The notes under the pieces: generated by a model | The model's input: only the letters and a program-made list of their open reading frames with translations | Told to the model about the DNA's origin: nothing | Databases searched by the model: none | Assembly (NCBI GenBank): GCA_965242865.1 | Contig: CBDETK010000013.1 | Location: 3,168,001 to 3,232,000, forward strand | Direction of reading: 5' to 3' | From: Candidatus Latescibacterota bacterium | Lineage (GTDB): Bacteria > Latescibacterota > UBA2968 > UBA8231 | DNA length: 64,000 nt | In this document: positions 20,245-29,115 of the stretch, in pieces | How positions within the stretch are numbered: position 1 is the stretch's first letter | Layout: the number at the start of each line of letters is the position of its first letter | Position numbers and translations under genes: made by a program

Positions 20245-21567
20245 ATGAGACGACCGTGGAAAGCACCGCTCCGCAAAAACAGAACCCTGCAAAGCTGCTT
20301 GGCGGTGTCGCTGGCCTTGCATCTGCTGGTGATCTTCGGCATCACGCACCGCGAACAGGTTGCTCAGTTTCCTGTCCTACAGCCGATCATGGTGGAGTTC
20401 ACCAAACGCCCGCCGCCGCAGCGCACTCTCACCCGCCGCCAACGGCCCCGCCAACGGCCCTTAGTGCGCCGCCCCGCCCTGCAAGCCGCCCCGGTCGTTG
20501 CGGTGCGACCCGCCCCCACGGCGACACGGCCCCTGCCGATGTTCAAGCCATCGGCACTTAGGCTGCCGATGGCAGCATTGCCCGATCGACTGGTGCTACC
20601 CGTGCCGGACTTCCCCGCTCGGCACATTGGTCCGCAAATGCAGGCTGGGGCATTGGAAGGAACGCGACAGGGGACCGACGAGATTGACTTGGCCTTAGAA
20701 CTGATGGATGTGCAGGCCATGGACACCGGCCAGCACCGGGCGATGGTGGTCGTCGATCCAAAAGACCGGCGTCAACTCAAGGGATTCCTCTATATGTCCA
20801 ATGTGTATAGCTCCTCCATTGAACGGGCTGAGCGAGAAACATCACGCCGACTTTTGCAGACGCGCCAAATGGTGGAAAACCGGATGCTGCAAGGGTTGGC
20901 CGACAAAATGGTCGCCAGTACGCAGGTTCACGCCGAAGTGCTCGACGCGGTGGCACTAGACGACCCCCAGCTACTGCAGGTGCCCTTCGTCCTCCTGACG
21001 GTGAGTGATCATTTTGAGTTCACCGAGGCGGAGACAGCTAATCTCGGAGCGTACTTGACTTCGGGTGGCTTCCTGTTTGCGGATATTGTCAGCCCATTGC
21101 AGCGCGAATACAGCGACGACGAATTGGATATTCCCGCGGTGCGTTCCCTCATTCGCACCAGCTTTCAGGCGGCGGGTTATCAAGAATGGAAGGACTGGCA
21201 ATTTGGACGCCTAGCGATGACCCATCCGATCTACCATTGCTTCTACGATGTAGAGAGTCTCCCCCGCGGGATGCGCGATATGCACTATACCGGCGGAGTG
21301 CGGCGGCCTCCGCGGACTCCGGACTATTTGGAGGGCATCATAGTCGGGGATCAGTTGGTGGGCGTGTATTCGATGCGCGGGTACGCCGATTTCTGGGCGG
21401 GAATCGCCAAGGAGGAAACGGAGATATTTGATCCTGTTCTTTTTGGCGATAGTCCGTTTCTGGCCAGTGCCGAGGAGCCGATGGTGTATAACTTAGGCGT
21501 CAATTTCTTGGTGTATGCGTTGACACGCGAGGGATCACTGACCCGACAATTAGTCGCTGCGGACTGA
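20245..21567 (+). CDS. Membrane-anchored DUF4159-like protein, paralog 2
   Basis: N-terminal TM SLALHLLVIFG, Pro/Arg-rich linker, PFVLLT...EAETANLGAYLTSGGFLFAD...HPIYHCFYD. Confidence 0.8.
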   Translation: MRRPWKAPLRKNRTLQSCLAVSLALHLLVIFGITHREQVAQFPVLQPIMVEFTKRPPPQRTLTRRQRPRQRPLVRRPALQAAPVVAVRPAPTATRPLPMFKPSALRLPMAALPDRLVLPVPDFPARHIGPQMQAGALEGTRQGTDEIDLALELMDVQAMDTGQHRAMVVVDPKDRRQLKGFLYMSNVYSSSIERAERETSRRLLQTRQMVENRMLQGLADKMVASTQVHAEVLDAVALDDPQLLQVPFVLLTVSDHFEFTEAETANLGAYLTSGGFLFADIVSPLQREYSDDELDIPAVRSLIRTSFQAAGYQEWKDWQFGRLAMTHPIYHCFYDVESLPRGMRDMHYTGGVRRPPRTPDYLEGIIVGDQLVGVYSMRGYADFWAGIAKEETEIFDPVLFGDSPFLASAEEPMVYNLGVNFLVYALTREGSLTRQLVAAD

Positions 21568-21626
21568 GAGCTATCAGAACAAACTGTGTGGATCCTTTTT
21601 ATTACTCTTTAAGTGAGGAATGAGTT

Positions 21627-22325
21627 ATGCAGTCTTTAACGTTTGTCTTTAAGGCCCTCGCCACGTCAGCGAGCGAGCACATAGAGCCACGTCAGGGGTT
21701 GGTGCTGATGGTGCTGAGGTGGCTGGGTAGCGTGGTGGCGGGGCTGGCGATGGTGTTCGGCACGGCCGCCCGGACGCCGGCCGATCCCTGCTTTGGGATC
21801 GCAGAGGGAAGCAGCGGATCGCACACAACGCCGTATCCATGCGAGTGGCAAGACCACAAATCCGCCGAGTATTTCCACTATTCTGAGACGCCGGCCGACA
21901 GCTCTCGGTCTGAGACGCCGGCCGATAGCTCTCGGCAGGATCATTATTTACACCATCGTGGAAATCCGGGATGTGTTTATCTGGGTTCTACCTGTGGCTC
22001 AAGTGCGGCCACCGCCATCGAGGCCGAGGCGGCGACTACACCTTCCACTTTTGCCCTCGGTGCCAACTACCCCAATCCATTCAATCCGGCCACGACCATC
22101 CCCTTGGTGCTACCCGCCGGAGCTGAGGAGGTGGACTTAACCATCTACAACGTCTTGGGGCAGCCGGTGCGCCGAGTGTGGGCGGGTTCGTTGGCGGCGG
22201 GCGAGCATCGGCTGGCTTGGGATGGCCGGGACGCGCAGGGGCAGCCCGTCGCCGCGGGCGTCTATTGGTATCGGTTGCAGGTGGACGACCAGACGCGCAT
22301 TCGCAAGATGGTCAAAATTGAGTAG
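21627..22325 (+). CDS. Cys-rich peptide 3 fused to FlgD-Ig tail
   Basis: Leader WLGSVVAGLA.VFGTA, core DPCFGIAEGSSGS...PCEW...GCVYLGSTC, then GANYPNPFN tail. Confidence 0.8.
   Translation: MQSLTFVFKALATSASEHIEPRQGLVLMVLRWLGSVVAGLAMVFGTAARTPADPCFGIAEGSSGSHTTPYPCEWQDHKSAEYFHYSETPADSSRSETPADSSRQDHYLHHRGNPGCVYLGSTCGSSAATAIEAEAATTPSTFALGANYPNPFNPATTIPLVLPAGAEEVDLTIYNVLGQPVRRVWAGSLAAGEHRLAWDGRDAQGQPVAAGVYWYRLQVDDQTRIRKMVKIE
21882..21935 (+). repeat. 27-bp tandem repeat encoding SETPADSSR x2
   Basis: tctgagacgccggccga(c/t)agctctcgg twice. Confidence 0.85.
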
Positions 22326-22410
22326 GGCGAAGGCTCTTGAGCCATGCACTCAAAGAAAGGGACATAAGACGATGAGACGACCCGAAGCTATCACGCTCTG
22401 GAGGTGCATT

Positions 22411-24543
22411 ATGCGCGGCTTGCTCGTTGCGATTGGATTGTTGGTGGTTCCGCTTAAAGCCTTCGCTTTAACGTGGGATTTTGACGACGGCACGACTTGG
22501 GGATGGACCGCCCAAGAGAGCCCTTTAGGCTCTGACCGTAGTACCACCACGGTGTATAGCGAAGTCGAAGATGACGTCTGGCGCATTGCACCGGTGCCGA
22601 ACGGGCTAAAACCAGCCATTCGCTTGTTATCGCCGCTGATTGGGGAAGACTCTGACCTGTTTGACTGGGTCACCTTACGGCTACGCATCATCCACGATCA
22701 CCCCACCGAGGGGAACTTCCTGATGACGTGGTCCAATACCGAGTACAGAAGCTTCACGAAGGAAGCACTTCGCGAAAAAAAAATCGCGTTGAGGTTTTAT
22801 ACGGGCCGTTCTCAACTTTACCTCACCGAATGGCAAAACATCACCGTAGATATACGGGCCTTGGAAGCCGGTGCGGAAACGGACCCAGAAGCAGAGATTA
22901 CTTGGCAAGACACCCTCTTCCACTTCCACTTCGACCTAGACTTATTGCACATAGACGACGTATATGTATATGACTTAAAACCGGAGGATCGTCCGGCTTT
23001 TGTCGAAGTCGATTGGATTCAACTGACGGGGGCCGAAGAGCTGCTACTGGGGGAACTACAGCCCCGGGCGAACACCGTGGAGGCCGGGTTGCCCGGGACG
23101 TTGTTCGCAAAACCGCGGTTTTCGGTGCTGGGCCAAAATATCGGTGTCCCCATATCGCATGGTACTTTGGGCGATGTGGATGGCGATGGGGATGCCGATC
23201 TGGTCGTGGGCTGGAAAGTGTGGGATACGGGCTGGACTATAGCAACCAGCGATGGCTTGGGGGGCTTGGTTCCCACCCAAGAGGTCCGCCTCCCAAAGGC
23301 GATTGTTCCGGTTATCGTGGGGGGCGATTTCAACGGCGATGGGCTGCTCGATCTGGCCCTTGATACCGGTCGAACCATCGAATTGTGGCTCAACCGGGGC
23401 GAGAATGAATTTGAGACCATCCTACAGCTATCCGGCGGCTATCTCATCGGTCTAGCCGATGGCGACGGCGATGGCGATGGGGACCTGTTGGTGGTAGAGG
23501 ACCTCGACGACCGCTGGTCTAACGTGACTATGTGGATCAATGATGGCGCGGCCGGGTTTGCCCACAGCGACCAGTTCGTCCTCGACACCGAAGAAGAGCT
23601 CGGGGTTTCCCTGCTGGCAGGGCAACCGGCGGGCGAGGCCGTGCGCCTGTTGTGGAGCCGACCCTGCTGGAAGCCGGTGGAGCGGTGGCGCCTGACCCAG
23701 CCATGGGCGGCCAGCCAGCCGCCACCGCTGTTTTTTGAGACCGGGCAGACCAATCCCTGCGACATGTACCTGCTGACCGATCTGGATGAGGATGGAGCGG
23801 TGGAGTTGATCGGGACGCCCGAACGGAATCTGTACTTAGGCTTTTCTGTGGGCAACACCTACCACGGTTTGGCTGTGTGGCGGGTGGACGCCGCGGGCGG
23901 GGTGGAACGCCACACCCTGCTCGGTCCGCAGGTGATGGTGCCGTTTGCGTTTGCGGGTGGGGTTATTGCCCGCGACCTGACTGGCGATGGCCTGTTGGAC
24001 TTGGCTGTGATCGACATCAACATAGCGACGGGTCCGGCGCTGATCGTCTTGGTTGGCCAGCGCGATGGCCTGCCCATCGTCGAAGGGCGCTATCCCCTGC
24101 CGGGCATCGGCCACAAGGTACTAGCGGGCGATGTCAACGGCGATGGGACGACCGATCTGGTCGTGCTGGGACGGAGTCAGCGCGGCGAGGGCGGAGCCTC
24201 CGTCTTCCTCAACCAAGGCGTTCCCGCCACCGCCATCGCCGCCGGGACAACGACCACCCCCTCAGCCTTTGTCCTTGGTGCCAACTATCCCAACCCGTTC
24301 AACCCGGCCACGACTATTCCCGTGTCGGTGTCGGCGGGTGCGGGCGAGGTAGATTTAACCATCTACAATGTCTTGGGGCAGCCGGTGCGCCGAGTGTGGG
24401 CGGGTTCGTTGGCGGCGGGTGCCCACCGGCTGGCTTGGGATGGCCGGGACGCGCAAGGACAGCCGGTCGCCGCGGGCGTCTATTGGTATCGGTTGCAGGT
24501 GGACGACCAGAGGCACACCCGCAAAATGGTCAAAATTGAATAG
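22411..24543 (+). CDS. FG-GAP/FlgD protein, paralog F
   Basis: Start reassigned to ATG 22411 after GGAGG. Confidence 0.88.
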   Translation: MRGLLVAIGLLVVPLKAFALTWDFDDGTTWGWTAQESPLGSDRSTTTVYSEVEDDVWRIAPVPNGLKPAIRLLSPLIGEDSDLFDWVTLRLRIIHDHPTEGNFLMTWSNTEYRSFTKEALREKKIALRFYTGRSQLYLTEWQNITVDIRALEAGAETDPEAEITWQDTLFHFHFDLDLLHIDDVYVYDLKPEDRPAFVEVDWIQLTGAEELLLGELQPRANTVEAGLPGTLFAKPRFSVLGQNIGVPISHGTLGDVDGDGDADLVVGWKVWDTGWTIATSDGLGGLVPTQEVRLPKAIVPVIVGGDFNGDGLLDLALDTGRTIELWLNRGENEFETILQLSGGYLIGLADGDGDGDGDLLVVEDLDDRWSNVTMWINDGAAGFAHSDQFVLDTEEELGVSLLAGQPAGEAVRLLWSRPCWKPVERWRLTQPWAASQPPPLFFETGQTNPCDMYLLTDLDEDGAVELIGTPERNLYLGFSVGNTYHGLAVWRVDAAGGVERHTLLGPQVMVPFAFAGGVIARDLTGDGLLDLAVIDINIATGPALIVLVGQRDGLPIVEGRYPLPGIGHKVLAGDVNGDGTTDLVVLGRSQRGEGGASVFLNQGVPATAIAAGTTTTPSAFVLGANYPNPFNPATTIPVSVSAGAGEVDLTIYNVLGQPVRRVWAGSLAAGAHRLAWDGRDAQGQPVAAGVYWYRLQVDDQRHTRKMVKIE

Positions 24544-24643
24544 GGAGCGGACGTGCTGGAGACGTTGCGTCAACCCATAGCGGCTGACTGGCAGCGTTCC
24601 ATGGACTGGTTAGGCCCTGTCGAGAAGCGAAGGACATAAGACG

Positions 24644-25981
24644 ATGAGACGACCGTGGAAAGCACCGCTCCGCAAAAACAGAACCCTGCAAAGCTGCTTG
24701 GCGGTGTCGCTGGCCTTGCATCTGCTGGTGATCTTCGGCATCACGCACCGCGAACAGGTTGCTCAGTTTCCCGTCCTGCAGCCGATCATGGTGGAGTTTA
24801 TCAAACGCCCGCCGCCGCAGCGCACCCTTACCCGCCGCCAACGGCCCCGCCAACGGCCCTTAGTGCGCCGCCCCGCCCTGCAAGCCGCCCCGGTCGTTGC
24901 GGTGCGCCCGGCTCCCACGGCGACACGGCCCCTGCCGATGTTCAAGCCATCGGCACTTAGGCTGCCGATGGCAGCATTGCCCGATCGACTGGTGCTACCC
25001 GTGCCGGACTTCCCCGCTCGGCACATTGGTCCGCAAATGCAGGCTGGGGCATTGGAAGGAACGCGGCAGGGGACCGACGAGATTGACTTGGCCTTAGAAC
25101 TGATGGATGTGCAGGCCATGGACACCGGCCAGCACCGGGCGATGGTGGTCGTCGATCCAAAAGACCGGCGTCAACTCAAGGGATTCCTCTATATATCTGG
25201 CATCTACAGCCCCTCCATTGAACAAGCTGACAATGAACATCCCGGATACAGACCAGCGAACTGGTGGCACCGGATGCCGCGCCGATTGATGGAACGGCAG
25301 ATGTTGCAAGGATTGGCCGATGAGATGACCGCCAAGACACAAGTTCAGGTTGAAGTGCGCGACGCGGTCCGGCTCGACGATCCCCAGCTTTTGCAAATCC
25401 CCTTCGTGCTGTTGACCATTGATACCTTCTTTGAGTTTACGGACAGCGAGGCGGCCAACCTCGGGGCGTATTTAACTTCGGGTGGCTTCTTGTCTTTGGA
25501 TATTGGGAGCTTTTTGCAGGACAATTACAGCGACGACGAATTGGATATTCCGGCGGCGCGTTCTCTCATTCGCGCCAGCTTTCAAGCGGTGGGTCATCAA
25601 GAATGGAAGGATTGGCAGTTCAAGCGCCTAGAGATAACGCATCCGATCTATCATTGCTTCTACGATATAAACAGCCTGCCGCGTGGGATGCGCGATATGC
25701 ACTTTCTAAACTTAGAAGCTCCACCACCAACTCCGGACTATTTAGAGGGTATCGTAGTAGGGGAGCAGTTAGTGGGGGTGTACTCGATGCGTGGCTACGC
25801 CGATTTCTGGGCGGGAATCGCTAGGCAGGAGCTAGACCACGCTTTGGAGTATAGCTCACCCAGCAACTGGTTTCTGGCCAGTGCCGAGGAGCCGATGGTG
25901 TATAACTTGGGCGTCAATTTCTTGGTGTATGCGTTGACACGCGAGGGGTCACTGACCCAACAATTAGTCGCTGCGGACTGA
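24644..25981 (+). CDS. DUF4159-like protein, paralog 3
   Basis: N-terminal ~180 aa nearly identical to 20245; central part divergent. Confidence 0.8.
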   Translation: MRRPWKAPLRKNRTLQSCLAVSLALHLLVIFGITHREQVAQFPVLQPIMVEFIKRPPPQRTLTRRQRPRQRPLVRRPALQAAPVVAVRPAPTATRPLPMFKPSALRLPMAALPDRLVLPVPDFPARHIGPQMQAGALEGTRQGTDEIDLALELMDVQAMDTGQHRAMVVVDPKDRRQLKGFLYISGIYSPSIEQADNEHPGYRPANWWHRMPRRLMERQMLQGLADEMTAKTQVQVEVRDAVRLDDPQLLQIPFVLLTIDTFFEFTDSEAANLGAYLTSGGFLSLDIGSFLQDNYSDDELDIPAARSLIRASFQAVGHQEWKDWQFKRLEITHPIYHCFYDINSLPRGMRDMHFLNLEAPPPTPDYLEGIVVGEQLVGVYSMRGYADFWAGIARQELDHALEYSSPSNWFLASAEEPMVYNLGVNFLVYALTREGSLTQQLVAAD

Positions 25982-26040
25982 GAGCTATCAGAACAAACTG
26001 TGTGGGTCCTTTTTCTTAACTCTTTAAGGAGAAATGAATT

Positions 26041-26913
26041 ATGCAGTCTTTAACGTTTGTTTTTAAGGCCCTCGCCACGTCGGTGAGCGAACACGTAGAG
26101 CCGCGTCAGGGCTTGGCTCTCGGCTGGCTGGGCAGCGTGGTGGCGGGGCTAGCGGTGGTGTTCGGCACGGCTAGCCAGACCCAGGCCGATCCCTGCTTTG
26201 GAATCGCGGGGGAAAGCCATGGATCGCACAAAACGATGCGTCCATGCGAGTGGAAAGACCATGAACCCGCCGAGTACTGGTGGGAGCATTACTTCCACTA
26301 TTCTAGAACGCCGGCCGATAGCTCTGGGCAAAGTCCGGGATGTGTTTATCTGACTTCTACCTGTGGCCCAAGTGCGGCCCCCGTCATCGTGGCCGAGACG
26401 CCGACCGATACCTGTTTTGGGATCGCAGAGGGAAGCAGCGGATCACACACAACGCCGTATCCATGCGAGTGGAAAGACAATAAACCCGCCGAGTACTGGT
26501 GGGATCATTATTTTCACTCTTCTGAGACGCTGGCCGATAGCTCTGGGCAAAGTCCGGGATGTGTTTATCTGACTTCTACCTGTGGCCTAAGTGCAGCCAC
26601 CGCCATTGAGGTCGAGACGCCGACTACCCCTTCCACTTTTGTCCTCGGTGCCAACTATCCCAACCCGTTCAATCCGGCCACGACCATCCCCCTTACCCTG
26701 CCCGCCAGTGCCGAGGCGGTGGACGTAACCATCTACAATGTCTTGGGGCAGCCCGTGCGCCGAGTATGGAACGGTTCGTTGGCCGCCGGCGCACACCGGC
26801 TAGCTTGGGATGGCCGGGACGCCGCGGGCAAGCCGGTCGCCGCGGGGGTCTATTGGTATCGGTTGCAGGTGGACGATCAGACGCACACCCGCAAGATGGT
26901 CAAAATCGAATAG
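26041..26913 (+). CDS. Cys-rich peptide 4 with two tandem cores fused to FlgD-Ig tail
   Basis: Core repeated with a 219-nt period (Asp codons at 26188 and 26407). Confidence 0.8.
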   Translation: MQSLTFVFKALATSVSEHVEPRQGLALGWLGSVVAGLAVVFGTASQTQADPCFGIAGESHGSHKTMRPCEWKDHEPAEYWWEHYFHYSRTPADSSGQSPGCVYLTSTCGPSAAPVIVAETPTDTCFGIAEGSSGSHTTPYPCEWKDNKPAEYWWDHYFHSSETLADSSGQSPGCVYLTSTCGLSAATAIEVETPTTPSTFVLGANYPNPFNPATTIPLTLPASAEAVDVTIYNVLGQPVRRVWNGSLAAGAHRLAWDGRDAAGKPVAAGVYWYRLQVDDQTHTRKMVKIE

Positions 26914-26935
26914 ACGACCGATTTGGAGGTGCATG

Positions 26936-29086
26936 ATGCGCGGCTTGCTTTTTGCGATTGGATTGTTGACCGCTCCGGTTGGAGCCTTGGCCTTAACGTG
27001 GGATTTCGACGACGGCACCACGTGGGGCTGGACCGCCCAAGAGAGCTTCTTGGGTGCTGACGACAGGAACCCCACTACGGTGTACAGTGAAGTCGAAGAC
27101 GACATCTGGCGCATTGCGCCGGTGCCGGACGGACAACGACCGGCCATTACGTTGTACTCACCGCCGATTGGGGGAGACTCGGCCCTGTTCGACTCCGTCA
27201 CCCTACGGCTCCGCATTATCCATGATCGCCCCACCGAGGGGAATGTCCTGATGTCGTGGTTCAATTCCGAGTACAAAAGACTCAAGGAGGAATCGGGCTA
27301 CCGCGGAATAGACATAGACAGCATGTCGAAGTTTTCTACGGGACGTAATCAAATCTATCCCACCCAATGGCAAGACATCACGATAGATATACGCGCCCTA
27401 GAAGCCGCGGCGGAAGCCGACCCAGAAGCCGAGATCGTCTGGCAGGACACCCTCTTCAACTTCCAGATTGAACTGGACTTAAACACCGACCCGCAGGGCT
27501 TGGCCGATCATCCGGCCTTTGTCGAAGTAGATTGGATTCGACTGACGGGGATTGAAGAGTTGCTCTTGGGAGAATTGCCGCCCCGGAGCATCGCCACACC
27601 GACAGGGTCGCCCGGTGCGTTATTCGCCGCGCCCCGCTTTTTCCCTCTCGGCGAAGGCGTCAAAGTATCCCCCCAACTCTCGCAAAATGCTTTGGGGGAT
27701 GTGGATGGCGACGGGGATGTAGATATGGTGGTGGTCTATGGGCGCAGCTCTGCGGACGGAGGAGTAGAAGCGGGCTGGATGGTGGCGTCCAACGACGGGC
27801 GGGGTGGTTTTGTCCCCACCCAAGCGGTCTCCCTCTTCAAGGGCAAGGGCTCTTACCTACAACCCGTCCTCAAGGGCGGCGATTTCGACGGGGATGGACT
27901 CCTCGATCTGGCCGTTACAAGGGGGACTTCCGTTGAACTCTTGCACAATCAGGGCAAGGACGGCTTTGAAACGGTGCTGCACCTATCTGATTTCTCTTTC
28001 GTTGGCTTAGCCGATGGCGATGGCGATGGCGACGTGGACCTGTTGGGAGTGGAAGATGGCGATACTTGGTCCAACATGATTATGTGGTTCAATGATGGCG
28101 ACGCTGGGTTTGTCCGCCGTGATCGGTTCAACCTCGACACCGAGGAGGAACTTTTTGCTCGGCTCCTCCCAAGGCAACCGTTGGGCGAGGCCGTGCGCCT
28201 GTTATGGGTCCGACCCTGCTACCTGCCTCAAGGGGCTTTGCAACTGACCCAGCCGTGGGCGCCCCACGAGCCGCCGCCGCTGTTTTTTGAGACCGCGGTC
28301 AACCCCTGTTACCAACTGCACTTGCTCGCCGATCTGGATGGCGATGGAGCGGGGGAGTTCGTCGGACCGCCCGATAGGGACCTACCATTCGACTCTCGCG
28401 ACATCACCACCTACCACGGTTTGGCCCTGTGGCAGCTAGACGCCTCGGGCGGGGTGGAACGCCACACCCTGCTTGGTCCGCAGGTGCTCTTACCGCATCG
28501 CGCCATTGCCCACGACCTCAATGGCGATGGCCTGTTGGACTTGGCTGTGGTCGATGGCAATTTAGCTACTGGACCGGCGTTAGTGGTGCTGACTGGCCAG
28601 CGCGATGGCTTGCCCATCGTTGAAGGCCGCTATCCGCTGCCGGGCACGGGCGGCCCCGTCCTCGCCGGCAATGTAAACGGCGATGGGGCCGCCGATCTGG
28701 TCGTTCTCGGACGAAGCGTGGCAGGCGGTCCGGGCGGAGCTTTCGTCTTTCTCAACCAGCATACGCCAGCCACCGCCATCGCTGCCGAGACCACGACCAC
28801 CCCCTCAGCCTTTGTCCTCGGGGCCAACTACCCCAACCCGTTCAATCCGGCCACGACCATCCCCCTTACCCTGCCCGCCAGTGCCGAGGCGGTGGACGTA
28901 ACCATCTACAATGTCTTGGGGCAGCCCGTGCGCCACGTATGGGCGGGTTCGTTGGCGGCGGGCGCACACCGGCTGGCTTGGGATGGCCGGGACGCACAGG
29001 GGCAGTCCGTCGCCGCGGGGGTCTATTGGTATCGGTTGCAGGTGGACGATCAGACGCACACCCGCAAGATGGTCAAAATCGAATAG
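26936..29086 (+). CDS. FG-GAP/FlgD protein, paralog G
   Basis: Start reassigned to MRGLL. Confidence 0.88.
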   Translation: MRGLLFAIGLLTAPVGALALTWDFDDGTTWGWTAQESFLGADDRNPTTVYSEVEDDIWRIAPVPDGQRPAITLYSPPIGGDSALFDSVTLRLRIIHDRPTEGNVLMSWFNSEYKRLKEESGYRGIDIDSMSKFSTGRNQIYPTQWQDITIDIRALEAAAEADPEAEIVWQDTLFNFQIELDLNTDPQGLADHPAFVEVDWIRLTGIEELLLGELPPRSIATPTGSPGALFAAPRFFPLGEGVKVSPQLSQNALGDVDGDGDVDMVVVYGRSSADGGVEAGWMVASNDGRGGFVPTQAVSLFKGKGSYLQPVLKGGDFDGDGLLDLAVTRGTSVELLHNQGKDGFETVLHLSDFSFVGLADGDGDGDVDLLGVEDGDTWSNMIMWFNDGDAGFVRRDRFNLDTEEELFARLLPRQPLGEAVRLLWVRPCYLPQGALQLTQPWAPHEPPPLFFETAVNPCYQLHLLADLDGDGAGEFVGPPDRDLPFDSRDITTYHGLALWQLDASGGVERHTLLGPQVLLPHRAIAHDLNGDGLLDLAVVDGNLATGPALVVLTGQRDGLPIVEGRYPLPGTGGPVLAGNVNGDGAADLVVLGRSVAGGPGGAFVFLNQHTPATAIAAETTTTPSAFVLGANYPNPFNPATTIPLTLPASAEAVDVTIYNVLGQPVRHVWAGSLAAGAHRLAWDGRDAQGQSVAAGVYWYRLQVDDQTHTRKMVKIE

Positions 29087-29115
29087 ACGACCGCAGTTAT
29101 CACTGGAGGAGACCT

